Shown: positions 1 through 10,740 of the stretch, one piece after another
How the letters are laid out: every line of letters begins with the position of its first letter
Numbering within the stretch: position 1 is the stretch's first letter
Assembly: GCA_004764695.1 (NCBI GenBank)
Contig: SMSO01000035.1
Span: 2,046,001 to 2,110,000 of the forward strand
DNA length: 64,000 nt
Source of the DNA: Schizochytrium sp. TIO01
Taxonomy: Eukaryota; Protista; Bigyra: Labyrinthulomycetes
Direction: 5' to 3'
Position numbers and translations under genes: made by a program
The notes under the pieces: generated by a model
What the model was told of the DNA's origin: nothing
The model's database searches: none
The model's input: the letters and a program-made list of their open reading frames with translations, nothing else

Positions 1-18
1 CCACCTTCATGCACATCA

Positions 19-3000
19 ATGTCAGCACAGTTGCGACAAAACTATCAAAAGTATCTTCTCGATTTCGAGGAGCTCTTGCGCGGAGAAATCGGTCCTGCTG
101 GACATAGTGGTGGCCGTTCGCCAGCGGTTACCGTCAAGACCGAAGCAGGACGTAATAGCTCCACAAGCCCGTCAAAGGGACTTAAACCGCAACCTAACTT
201 TTTTGACTTTGGCCATTTCGTGGACGATATGGTGCTTCAGGAGTCTGGCGCCATTGCAATGCACTACAATGCTCGAGCGATGATGCCACAGGAGCTTCTT
301 GCCTTCCCAGAGTTTGGCTATGATTGCGCTCCGGAGGTTCGTTGTGTTTATTTGGATATTCGGAATCATATTCTATACCACTGGGCGATGGACGTGCGCC
401 GAGAACTTCTGCTCGACGCCCACATCCTTGGGCCTCTTGCGACAAAATTCGGCAACTCCCCAGAATGCGAACCTTGGTTCGATCCCAAACTCATTACTCG
501 TATCTTTACTTTTCTCGAGACCTGCGGTTCTATCAACACAGGTGCGTTTAAGTACTCCATCGAGCGGCCCTTGCGCGTGAGTGTTCCCGGTAACCTCGGT
601 ATCGGATCCAAGCGGATTGTTGTCATTGGTGCCGGGTTTGCTGGCCTTGCAGCAGCAACGCAACTTAAACATTTTGGCCATCAAGTCATTGTGCTGGAAG
701 GCCGAGGCCGTGTTGGAGGTCGTGCTTTCACTGATCGCAGCTTTGGAGGCGCTGCTGTTGATGTAGGCGCTATGCTCATCACCGGTGGTGTCGCACATCC
801 CGCTCGTATGCTCAGTGACCAGCTTGGCCAGCCGTTACACCCCGTTAATCCAACGTGCCCCTTGTATTGGAGCGATGGACGTAAACGTGCACGCGTTACC
901 GAGGAAATGGACCAGGCAGTAGAGGCATCGTTTCTTAATGCCACAGAACGTGCTGTCGAAGAGAAAGTGGTACTTCTCACACAGGATCGTTTCTCGGGTC
1001 GTGTAGATGTTGAGGAATTTCGAAAAGACCCAAAACCACAGCAACTGCAGGCTACTAATGGAGACCGTAGTTTGACGACTCCAACAGCTACGCAGAACAG
1101 AAAAGAAATTATCCAGAATATCTTATCACCAGCAATGCTCAAAGAATTTGCTATCATCCCCGAAGTCCAAAAGCGAAGACCTTTGACCCAACTTGATGCC
1201 GGAATTGATGCTCACGATCCTCGTGTTCCACAACTCCACTCTGAGTTATCCCCTGCTGTGGAGGCTGCTTCCATGGCATCTACACCTGTAGAGACCTTGC
1301 TGGAACGGGTTCGCAGTGTCATTGAGGTAGCTGGGCAATGCTCTACACTAGCCAAGGAGGATGAAGCTCGAGTGCAGGCTGCTTTGAATCGCTTTGAAGG
1401 TTCTGAGCGTATTAGTGAAGGCTTCCAGGTGGCAAAGGACTCAATCGATCGTGCGACATTAGCTGTCCAACATGCTAACGGGGTTCTAGACGATGTTCGA
1501 CGTATGAACAAAACCTTTGCGCCGTTTGTTCCTAGTGAAACGAGCACTGCAACTGAGGTGGACTCAAATACAGCGGATAAGGTTATGCGCAAGTTTGATG
1601 TCTCGCTGCAATCAGCATTGGACCACTTCCTTTCTGTAAGGCCTCCAACTGAACCTGACCAAAAGGCTCTGTTGCAGTGGCATATGGCAAACCTAGAATA
1701 TGCTTGTGCGACTTCTCTCTCCAATGTTTCTAACACTCACTGGGACCAGGATGATGAGTACTCTTTTCAGGGCCCACACTACCTCCTACCACACGGTTTT
1801 AGCACACTTGCCTATGGTCTTGCTAACAGCGTTCGCCATGATATCCACTTTGGTGCGAAAGTAGAAACCATCAAGTCTGAAGTTGCAGCTGATGGTGTAG
1901 TGGTTGAATATGAAGATGCAGCTGGATCCAAGGGCTTAATTGAGGCCGATGCTGTACTTGTTACTGTCCCTCTCGGGGTTTTGAAGCGGAATGAGTTGCG
2001 TTTCGAGCCTCCTCTCCCTCCATGGAAACAAGGTGCTATTGATCGCCTTGGCTTTGGTAATCTTAACAAGGTTGTGGTCGAGTTTCCTGAAATCTTCTGG
2101 AGCAAGGAGTTTGATGTCTGTGGTCGTGTAGTGACGGCAAACGACGAGGCGGGTACTCGTCTCGTGGTTCCTGGCCCTTCAGAATCATCATCTTCTAGTG
2201 AATTCGATTACGATGAGCATCGTGGCGAATTTTTTACATTTTGGCCACTCAATCGATGCCTTCCTGACAGCCGGCCAATTCTTATGTTCCTCGTTGCAGG
2301 CAAAGCTGCCCACAATGTGGAGAAGGCGGAACCGTCTGCGGTCGTCGACAGTCTCATGCTTGTGCTTCGTAAGATGTTCATGAACCAACAGATACCTGAT
2401 CCGGTGCGTGCCACCGTTACGAAATGGTCATCTGATCCGATGGCTCGTGGCGCCTACTCTTATGTTGCAGTTGGCGCTACCGGCGAAGAATATGATTTAT
2501 TGGCGGAGCCTGTCAAGAACAAGATTTTCTTCGCTGGTGAAGCAACATCTCGCGAGCACCCAGCTACTACTGGAGGTGCCTACCTCAGTGGTATCCGAGA
2601 AGCTTGTAAGCTAGCTACACGTTTCGGCCGTGAAGTCCAGGTATCTCGCATCTTTCGTGATGCGCATACTTCTGCACACGAGCTCCTAGCAAACTCTGGC
2701 AACTGGTACGGACGCAAGGAATGGAAAAGACTCAAGCCAACTGATGCTTTTATTGAAAATGTTATGCATAAACGCGAAAATGATAATGAAGGGGATGTGG
2801 GTGCTACTTCCAAAGCAGGTACCACACCGACACCACGTGTGTCCCGTGCTGCATCAGCAGCTAGCCATGCAACAAGCAGGACGCGTGCAACCAGTGTAGG
2901 GATGGATTCTTCCTCAAATGCAACACCGACGTTAAAGAGGATGGCACCTAGTAAAGTTGACACCACCACACCCGTAAGAACTGCACCAAAGTACGGAGGG

Positions 3001-3459
3001 ACGCGGAGCAGCAGTAGTAGTAGTAGCAGTAGTAGCAGTAGCATAAGTAGTGGTAGCAGCATAAGCCGCAGCAAGCGAAGCTATGCCAATGGTGGATCGG
3101 GTACTAATGCTTTCTTCCCTGCACCAGCAGGTGTTGATACACCTGCTGGAATAACATCAGTAGGTAATAGCGTTGGAGCAGGGTCCACAAAACGTGGACG
3201 CTGGTCCGACGCGGGTGCAGCCAAAGAGGCCGCGATTAAATCTACAACGCTTGAAGAGGCTCAGCGTATCATAAACCCAAAACCTCGCGTGTACAAACAG
3301 CGTGGGCGACCCCGGCGCGGGCCGCCTCCTCGTGTTACACAAATGTCCACGGCGCCACTTTTAAGAGAGCTTTCACAGCGGAAACGCAAGCTCGAGCCCA
3401 CAGCACAGTCCAGTAAGATTGGAGCCGAGATTGCGGCGCTCTTGTACTCTGCTTCATAA
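19..3459 (+). CDS. LSD1: Lysine-specific histone demethylase LSD1/KDM1-like (SWIRM + FAD amine oxidase); the N-terminus may extend upstream of the window
   Basis: SWIRM-like YLDIRNHIL...IFTFLETCGSINTG; FAD-binding VVIGAGFAGLAAA...VLEGRGRVGGR; LQWHMANLEYACA..LSNVS..WDQDD; catalytic-Lys context GFGNLNKV; C-terminal FFAGEATSREHPATTGGAYLSG; low-complexity Ser/basic tail. The frame is open back to base 1. Confidence 0.92.
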   Translation: MSAQLRQNYQKYLLDFEELLRGEIGPAGHSGGRSPAVTVKTEAGRNSSTSPSKGLKPQPNFFDFGHFVDDMVLQESGAIAMHYNARAMMPQELLAFPEFGYDCAPEVRCVYLDIRNHILYHWAMDVRRELLLDAHILGPLATKFGNSPECEPWFDPKLITRIFTFLETCGSINTGAFKYSIERPLRVSVPGNLGIGSKRIVVIGAGFAGLAAATQLKHFGHQVIVLEGRGRVGGRAFTDRSFGGAAVDVGAMLITGGVAHPARMLSDQLGQPLHPVNPTCPLYWSDGRKRARVTEEMDQAVEASFLNATERAVEEKVVLLTQDRFSGRVDVEEFRKDPKPQQLQATNGDRSLTTPTATQNRKEIIQNILSPAMLKEFAIIPEVQKRRPLTQLDAGIDAHDPRVPQLHSELSPAVEAASMASTPVETLLERVRSVIEVAGQCSTLAKEDEARVQAALNRFEGSERISEGFQVAKDSIDRATLAVQHANGVLDDVRRMNKTFAPFVPSETSTATEVDSNTADKVMRKFDVSLQSALDHFLSVRPPTEPDQKALLQWHMANLEYACATSLSNVSNTHWDQDDEYSFQGPHYLLPHGFSTLAYGLANSVRHDIHFGAKVETIKSEVAADGVVVEYEDAAGSKGLIEADAVLVTVPLGVLKRNELRFEPPLPPWKQGAIDRLGFGNLNKVVVEFPEIFWSKEFDVCGRVVTANDEAGTRLVVPGPSESSSSSEFDYDEHRGEFFTFWPLNRCLPDSRPILMFLVAGKAAHNVEKAEPSAVVDSLMLVLRKMFMNQQIPDPVRATVTKWSSDPMARGAYSYVAVGATGEEYDLLAEPVKNKIFFAGEATSREHPATTGGAYLSGIREACKLATRFGREVQVSRIFRDAHTSAHELLANSGNWYGRKEWKRLKPTDAFIENVMHKRENDNEGDVGATSKAGTTPTPRVSRAASAASHATSRTRATSVGMDSSSNATPTLKRMAPSKVDTTTPVRTAPKYGGTRSSSSSSSSSSSSISSGSSISRSKRSYANGGSGTNAFFPAPAGVDTPAGITSVGNSVGAGSTKRGRWSDAGAAKEAAIKSTTLEEAQRIINPKPRVYKQRGRPRRGPPPRVTQMSTAPLLRELSQRKRKLEPTAQSSKIGAEIAALLYSAS

Positions 3460-3475
3460 AAATCACAACAAATTA

Positions 3476-4519
3476 TCATGATGAGGAAGATGATGATGCA
3501 GCTCCACCATTCTGCTCACTAGCTAATTTCTGAGTAACAAATGTTCTAAACCTGTTGACTTTTTCCCTGACGCCTACAAATTGCTCGTCTTGCGCCAAAG
3601 ACGGCTCAGAGGCAATGAGACGGGTGCAAAGATCCTGTGCATTCTCAAGACACTCGTCAGCCAGAGAAGCCTGTGCTGCTGCCATGTGACACTCAGCAAG
3701 GAGTAGCCAAATCTCCACAATAGTGTCATTCTCATTAATAAGGCGTTCCATGAGCGGGATAGCCCGTACACATTCACCAACCTCCATGAGAATACGGGCT
3801 GTTGCTGCACGGAATTCAAACGGGATCAAAGTCTCAACATCCTCCTCTTCTGCTTGATCAAGAAGCGGCGTGGCGTCCATCATCATGTCATCGTCGTCGC
3901 CTCCTTGGTCTGTATAACCAAGTGCTTTTTGGATTCTGTCAAGGGCATCGAGCACAAGTGGCTTGGCATCATCCGGGCGGTTTTGACTGAGGCGAAAGCT
4001 CGCCATGCACTGAAGTGCTTGCGGATGTCCAGGGTACACCTGAAGTGCCCGAGTGAGGTACTTGTCACAGCGAGCTTCGGCATCATCTTCAAAGCACAAA
4101 TCACTCATAAAAAGCTCGGCCAAACTGCAGTATGCACAGGCAAGCTGACGGGCAGACAACTTAGTTTCAATGTGCTCAGCACCCTTGGGCTCGCATGCCT
4201 GAAGTTGTTTCTCCAAAAGATCAACACCACGTTCGTAGGCCGCAAGGGCATCCTGGTTCCCAGAGATCTGGCCCAGGTACATGTAAAAAGTCGGGTCATT
4301 TGGAATGCTATCCACACCACGCTTGAACATCTCGCGAGCCTCGTCAACGCGTCCCATATCCATGTATGTTTCACCAAGTACGCGAAGAAGATCTACATGG
4401 CGCGGTTCTTGTTCCAAACCCTTGAGCAGGAATTGCACGGCAAGATCTTCATTGCCACCAGCCAGAAGCTGCTCGCCCTTGATGAGCAGTTGGTCAGCAG
4501 AATGTTTGGGATCGCTCAT
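3476..4519 (-). CDS. ACL4: TPR protein, assembly chaperone of Rpl4 (ACL4-like)
   Basis: TPR helices; YMYLGQIS..DALAAYERG; AYCSLAELFMSDLCFEDDAEARC; QALQCMASFRLSQNRPDDA; PFEFR..TARILMEVG. These match the Acl4 family pattern. Confidence 0.8.
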   Translation of the reverse strand: MSDPKHSADQLLIKGEQLLAGGNEDLAVQFLLKGLEQEPRHVDLLRVLGETYMDMGRVDEAREMFKRGVDSIPNDPTFYMYLGQISGNQDALAAYERGVDLLEKQLQACEPKGAEHIETKLSARQLACAYCSLAELFMSDLCFEDDAEARCDKYLTRALQVYPGHPQALQCMASFRLSQNRPDDAKPLVLDALDRIQKALGYTDQGGDDDDMMMDATPLLDQAEEEDVETLIPFEFRAATARILMEVGECVRAIPLMERLINENDTIVEIWLLLAECHMAAAQASLADECLENAQDLCTRLIASEPSLAQDEQFVGVREKVNRFRTFVTQKLASEQNGGAASSSSSS

Positions 4520-5251
4520 ATTATTTGTAAATAGCTATGTAAGGAGCACAACGCTTGATTTGTTGGTCTTCGGCTGTAGCTTCACGCCGTGTAGCTTTAA
4601 ATGTGTGGCGGACCGTAACCAGGGCTTCTTAAGTCGAGATAAAAAGCGATCAGAAGAACGAGGCAACACAGCTATATCAGTGAATCCCTCGAATGGATTC
4701 ACTGGACTGTACCGATCTAGCACCAAGGGAGACTCCGAAAAGCACGGGGCTGCGTAGAGCTCCGCTAACTACGTCAAAATATTCAACCTCGTCTGTAACC
4801 CCGGTCCGAGATCTCTGGAGCGGGCTTGAACCGTGTCAGGCTCAGCACTTGGTGCTTTGGGCGCTGAGGATTCGCTTGCTCGATGAGTGGTCGTCGGGAA
4901 ATCGGAGAAATATTGAGGTTAGAGATCCGTTGGTCAGTTTATCCGAGAACTGTGAGTAATGGTAAACAATCAAAGCACGGAGAAGGGCGTCTTAGCGTGC
5001 AAAACGATTGCTGAGCAGGTTTCTGGACCTGACAATAGGTAAACTCTTGAAGTTGAATCTAAGCCTTTTCATTTGGTTGAGAAATAGGGCATTCGTTAAT
5101 TTTGGGGAGAGATCAATTCAATTGAACCCGAGTTGCAAGGGCATCGCTTACACTCAACTTGTGATCTAACGCACCTTGCTGACGACTGCAGATAGATTAT
5201 AAGCCTTTGCCTATTGACGACAACGATAAGTACACAAAGAAGCTCGAAAGA

Positions 5252-5590
5252 ATGGGCAAGAAGAAAAGTGGCGGAAAGGCAAGTAAAAAGGGAGGCGCTC
5301 CTGAGATTGTGAATGCGGTGCTTGAATTTCCTCCCGAGAGGGAGCAGATGACGTTACTCTACAGGAAAGCAAGCTTCGACGTACTTCCACCCGAAAATTC
5401 TGCAAGTTTGAGCAAACTTATCAAGTATCAGCAGGATCATGTTCATCGCAGTGTGGTCCCTGGCTACGCGGAGTTTCTGAAGGAGCGGAAGTTCTGGATG
5501 TCAGGTGACGAGGTTCCCGAAGGGGCTATTCCAAAAGCCCCAGCGCCTCCTAAGGCATCTAAAGATGGTGGCAAGAAGAAGAAGAAGTAG
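5252..5590 (+). CDS. Small basic hypothetical protein with Lys-rich ends; may have an upstream exon (4883-4951) spliced to 5192
   Basis: ATG at 5252 (MGKKKSGGKASKKGG...GGKKKKK). Upstream are a GTGAGT donor at 4952, CTAAC at about 5166 and a CAG acceptor at 5191, so there is an intron either in the 5' UTR or in frame with an ATG at 4883. Confidence 0.65.
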   Translation: MGKKKSGGKASKKGGAPEIVNAVLEFPPEREQMTLLYRKASFDVLPPENSASLSKLIKYQQDHVHRSVVPGYAEFLKERKFWMSGDEVPEGAIPKAPAPPKASKDGGKKKKK

Positions 5591-6037
5591 TATCCTCCTG
5601 TTCTTCCTTCTCAAAAAAGAATAAAAGAGTGAGTGGAAAATGTTTGTTTCTCCTGTTATAAAAAAATAAAAATGTACAAGTCAGCACACTACTTCTCAAG
5701 ATTTTCTACTGGCTGTCGAGTTTATAGTTTCAATCTAATGTGAATCATAACACTCCAGATCCTATCATTAGATAAATTCAAGCTTCATAAATATGTCTAT
5801 CAACGGCTGACTACACTGAACATTGGATTGAGTAGTGTTGTGTTTCATACACAGAAGAATAAATGCAAGAGGAGTGGGCGAGTCGGAAAAAATGTAAGAT
5901 CAAGTTATCATCGAGGTTTAAAGGGAAGAATAATAAAACAAAATTGTGATGTTTCGATGTATGTGAGAAAAGACGCATCACTGGCAACAGTCATTGGTGC
6001 AAATAAACCCAGCGAAAGGTGAACGAAGCAAGGGAAC

Positions 6038-7021
6038 TCATGATAAGAGCTCCTCAACTTCTTCATTGTAGTGCTCAGTACCGTCAGAACCACGATAGCA
6101 AGTATCCGAGTGAGAGTAATCGCCAGGAGTTTTACCTTCTTTATCTTTACGGGTTTTGTCACCGCCAAGCTCGAGCAAAAGTTTCACAATCTGTGCATTT
6201 CCCCGGAAGGCAGCAATATGCAGTGGCGTAAGGCCCCACTCGTTTGCAGCATTAATATCAGCGCCTCCAGGTCCAGCCAGGATGCGAATGACCTCTTCAT
6301 GCTCCTTTGAGCCATTGTCAGCTGCTTTGTGCATTGACGTGGCACCAGAAAGCGTAGCCGCCTTTGCGTTCGCGCCTCCGTACGTCACAAGCCAACGGCA
6401 AACCTCAATATTAGCAGCACTTGATGCTTGAATAAGCGCCGTTTCACCAAAAGTACTAGGACTATCTACCGGAATGCCGAGTGAGAGCACAAGCTCTGCA
6501 ATGGTGTCTCCGAAGAGACGCAGGTTACCTGAATTCGGGTCAACAATGTATTCGATGGAATCCAGGCTTTGCACATTGGCTCTAACGCCGTGTTTCCATT
6601 CAGGTGTTTTCGACGCTGTCACATCGTAGACATTTCCAGTTTCGACCTCTACAATACAGTGGTCTAGAAATGTGGTGAGGACTTTGTCCTCATCGTCCTC
6701 ATCTTCATCGTCAAAACCTTCTTCAAAGCCGTCGCCACCCTTCTTGACCCTGCTCTCTAGTTGCAAAAGCCAAAATTCTTTGCCCTCAATGTCTTGGCAA
6801 GGCCAAGGCCGAACAGCATCTTTGTAGTCCATATCCTTCTCCACTCGAACAGCCTCAACACTTTGCGCAAGCTTTTCCATTCCACTTTCTACAGCGCTCC
6901 TCTGAGCAGGCACCAAGCTGCCCAATGAGGCCTTCTTAAACACGCGATCAGTAGCGCCCAGGAGGTTGTTGCGAGCAGCGGCTCTCAGACGAGCTCCGTC
7001 TGCGGATTGGGATGCCGTCAT
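6038..7021 (-). CDS. Ankyrin-repeat protein with an N-terminal phage-like domain
   Basis: First ATG at 7021 (MTASQS). Three ankyrin repeats: GETALIQAS, GATSMHKAA, GLTPLHIAAFRGNAQIVKLLLELGGD. Confidence 0.85.
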   Translation of the reverse strand: MTASQSADGARLRAAARNNLLGATDRVFKKASLGSLVPAQRSAVESGMEKLAQSVEAVRVEKDMDYKDAVRPWPCQDIEGKEFWLLQLESRVKKGGDGFEEGFDDEDEDDEDKVLTTFLDHCIVEVETGNVYDVTASKTPEWKHGVRANVQSLDSIEYIVDPNSGNLRLFGDTIAELVLSLGIPVDSPSTFGETALIQASSAANIEVCRWLVTYGGANAKAATLSGATSMHKAADNGSKEHEEVIRILAGPGGADINAANEWGLTPLHIAAFRGNAQIVKLLLELGGDKTRKDKEGKTPGDYSHSDTCYRGSDGTEHYNEEVEELLS

Positions 7022-7530
7022 CGGGGATATGTTCCTGGCTTTGCTTCTGCTGCACTCTCGGACGCGATTCCGATTCGGTCTTGCAGATATTGCTCGATGA
7101 TGATTCTTCAACTTGAAGGTTAGTTTTTCTACTCTTCATTCATTTGTTCATTCCCTTTCCCATATAGATACAGAGGCCAATATTTCATAGTGCGTGAACT
7201 AACCTTAAAAAGTGTCCGTGAGTGTAGAGGAAAGCAAGGTTTTGCAGAATCCGCTGACGCAAAGCCGATTAAAGCATAGACCGAAAAGCGCATACGGCGG
7301 AGTTCTGGAAAGTCCAAAGCACACCGAGGCCAAGGCGGCGTGATACTAACACTCAATAGTCAAGTTTTAAGGTCGTTCGATAAAGTTCAGGGAAAGACTT
7401 GGAGCAAACCTTGGCGACTGAACGGTCATATTCAACTAAAACGCGAAGCTACAGAAGAAAGTAATTGCAGAGTTGGCCTGCATTGAAGATATCGAAGCAC
7501 GCTCATAATAATAAAAAGTGCACTTGAAGA

Positions 7531-8712
7531 ATGTCTTCGATGCGCGAACTGCAAGACGCACTTTTGCATGGAGGAAAGCATGAAATTGAGACCGTTCTTG
7601 AGACGATGAAGAAACGTGAACTCGCTGGAACCGGTGGGCAACATGATGATTACAGATTTAAGTTTATGGACCAGCATGTGAATGAGGGGACGGGCATGAT
7701 GCCTCTTCATGTAGCGTGCATGAGTGGCAAGCGAGCTAGTGTGGAAGCTATGTTAGAAATGCATGCCGACCTTACGGGCATTGATAATAAGGGTCGTACT
7801 CCGCTCCACTGCGCTGCTGAGGGTCAGAATGTTGAAGCCATTGCACCTCTCATCAAAGCCTTGGAGAGTAAAAATTGGGCAGGTAAATGTCTAGGTTTTC
7901 GTGATCGTCGTCATTTGACACCTCTTCATCTGGCATGTGGAGCACCTGAAGTTATGCGAGTTATGATTCATTGCAAGGGAGCTCGAGCTAACCTATGGGA
8001 TACCCCAGGGTTGCTCCGACGTGTAGTTCTTTTCCCACAAAGTGCCGAGTGCTTACATGCTCTTCTTGACGATGTTTCTGATATGAACCTTTTGCAGTCG
8101 ATTCTCAACGAGAAAGAGCCTGGAAGCGGGAAAACAATTTTAGTTGCAGCTTGCGAGCACGGATGCCTAGAAACTTGCCAGTTGCTCATCAAACTTGGTG
8201 CCGATCCAACTATTGTGGATATGGATGAACAGAATGCCTTGCATTGGGCATGCATGCTTGAGCACACTGAGCTACGTGACTGGCTTAGGTCTACGTCGTT
8301 TCAAGACGCACTGGACTCTCAGTGCGACGCATCTGGTCGGACACCGCAGGACTGGGACACCCAAAATGAATTTGAGTTGTCCAGCCCGGCGCTCCCAAGC
8401 AATGATGCTTCTCCAAGTACGCAGCACGCACACGAGCCAAGCTCACATGAGTCTCCAGCCTCGCCACCGATGCCACCTCATTCAGCATCTATCGACCCAT
8501 CTTCACCAGACTCAGTCAATCTCCAATGCTCCTTCAAATCAAGCAAAAAGGGCGTTGCTTGGCGTCAGGATCGCATCGAGCTAGATGAAGCAATGAATCA
8601 ACAAATGGAGCAGCTTACTCGTATGCTAGCGAATGATGGCGAACTCAAAGATCAGGACGACACTGATAACATTGACGACCTCAACGATAAAAAAAAACAC
8701 GAAACTCAATGA
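7531..8712 (+). CDS. Ankyrin-repeat protein with a Ser/Pro-rich and acidic C-terminal region
   Basis: GMMPLHVAC, GRTPLHCAA, LTPLHLAC, GKTILVAACEHG, QNALHWAC. Divergent from the previous ankyrin gene. Confidence 0.88.
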   Translation: MSSMRELQDALLHGGKHEIETVLETMKKRELAGTGGQHDDYRFKFMDQHVNEGTGMMPLHVACMSGKRASVEAMLEMHADLTGIDNKGRTPLHCAAEGQNVEAIAPLIKALESKNWAGKCLGFRDRRHLTPLHLACGAPEVMRVMIHCKGARANLWDTPGLLRRVVLFPQSAECLHALLDDVSDMNLLQSILNEKEPGSGKTILVAACEHGCLETCQLLIKLGADPTIVDMDEQNALHWACMLEHTELRDWLRSTSFQDALDSQCDASGRTPQDWDTQNEFELSSPALPSNDASPSTQHAHEPSSHESPASPPMPPHSASIDPSSPDSVNLQCSFKSSKKGVAWRQDRIELDEAMNQQMEQLTRMLANDGELKDQDDTDNIDDLNDKKKHETQ

Positions 8713-9608
8713 TTTGCCTTGAAAACTTCACATTACATAAACTAAATTCCAAGATCTTCCAGCCCTTACACACATCGTTTGATGATTCAACGTTTGAATC
8801 TACCCAGTAAATGAGCTGACCTATACACGGTTCGTCACTAATTCTTTCAGCTGTGATCAAAATTAATATCACGAAGCTGGTTTTATGAAAGAAATAGTTA
8901 TAAATTCATATTGAAGTAATCTTTAGGTACAACCCAAAGGTTGGGTGGTATATGTGTTTCATTGAAACCAGGTTCATCGCTCTCTTGTGTTATTTGGATA
9001 TTCTTGTGGTTGGTTCGTTTTTGTGAAAGATGCTTCCTTTAATCTGTGCTTGGAGACACATCTTTGATTGCAAGTGACATAAAATAATGTTTTCTACAAC
9101 ACCGTCGCATCTTTCTTTAGATAAAGATGGCACAGCACAAAGTGCCACTTCAGTTCTTTCCCCGACCGTTTCATCAACTTACACAACTATTCAATTTATG
9201 CGTGCAGTATAATGTTAGAAAACAATTAAAAACGAGAGGAGGCCACAGGTGTATTCCTTTTCTTAAAAAACAAACCAAAAAACACCACTTGAATAAAACT
9301 GCTCTTCTTCCTCACCTATGATCTAAACAGACGGAGACACAGACTCTCGATCGATCCCACTCGACACTTTCGCACTGTGTACTTCGAGCCCATCTCCGTT
9401 CGAGCGTTTCTGTGTTTCCTACCATGTCATGACGCAGTGGTCTCAAGCCCACTCGTACAGGTACAACCTTTGATCCGTGTCTTCAGGCTGGCTTCAGCGG
9501 GGCTTTCCGAGCCACGAGTTTCTCTCTCTCCGGCTGTCACTTATCGCTAATCGCCAGCACGTGTAACAAACAGTCTGGCGCAGCAGAAGTAATGGGGTTC
9601 ATCGCTTC

Positions 9609-10342
9609 CAGTCAGTCAGTCAGTCACTTAGTTAGTCTTCAACTTCAACTTCAACTTCAACTTCACGCACCTACACCGCTCTTTGCAGGCTCCGTGCTGC
9701 TTATAAATGTCCCCTTAAATCGGACTACATCGAAGCAGAGTGGAATGAATGAATGAATGAATGAATGACAGAGAATCACGGCAGCAGACTCATGTTCTGT
9801 GGGGATCCACCGATGAGCTCTTGAGTTTGCAACACATCCTTCACGAAACAGAGTCTGAGGACTCAGGCTCAGCCAAAGGCACCACGGTCGACCTGAGTTG
9901 CCGAGCAGGCCTGAAGGCGAAGCAGGAGGAATGAATGGGCTTGACTGATTGATTTTGATGCGAAAACTTGCAATTCCTACAGAAGTTTTATAAAAGGAGC
10001 AGGAAGAAGGAGAAGAAGACGGAGGAATAGGAGCCCAGCTTTCTCTGAGGAGTCAGTGAGCCAGGCAGTCAGTCAGCTAGTCACTACGTCAGTCAGCCAG
10101 TCAGTCAGTCAGCCAGCCAGCTAGTCAGCCAGCCAGCCAACCAGTTGTCCGCTTGCTCGTTCCTGGCCACAGAGTTTCGCTGCTGCGAAGTGGTCTCGAT
10201 TCCTGCGTTCTCTAATATTTCGAGGCGATAAGAGAGGAACAACAACAAAATAAAAGAAGAAAGAGAAAGAAAAAAGAAAAGAAAGAAGGAGAGAGAATGA
10301 AAAAAGAAAAATGAAAATGAAAATGAAAATGAAAATGAAAAA
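9609..10342. repeat. Cluster of short microsatellites: (CAGT)n, (CTTCAA)n, (GAAT)n, (CAGY)n, (GAAAAT)n
   Basis: Seen directly at about 9609-9626, 9637-9665, 9743-9768, 10065-10145 and 10305-10342. Confidence 0.85.
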
Positions 10343-10740
10343 TGAGCTTGAAAAAGGATGCCAAAAGCTTATGGTGTTATTTACGTCAGTTGATCCGGAG
10401 TTGAGAGTATCAGGAAAAGGCAATTGCCGTAGAGCTCCTGCTGCTATCAGGCCTCGAGAGAGCCTGCGAGGCCTTTAGAAAGCTTGCGGAAACCGGAGTT
10501 CCTCAAGAGACTTTTGCGAATTGCTCTGGTCGACCTTCCATTTCCATATCATGATGATGCAAAGTGAGGGAATCATGGTAACTTATTGTAAGTTTCTATG
10601 TTATGGGATATCAAATTGGATCTTAACGAGATGAAATCGAATCAAAACGAAAGTAGAACACGGAGAGTCAACAGCTAAAGCAGATCCTCAACAGAAAGCC
10701 CCAGTTGTGGTTGGCTGGAGCAAAACGTTGGTGCGCGAGA

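Noticed and set aside
3854-4534. 226-aa plus-strand ORF over ACL4
   Set aside because: Antisense shadow of a well-supported gene.
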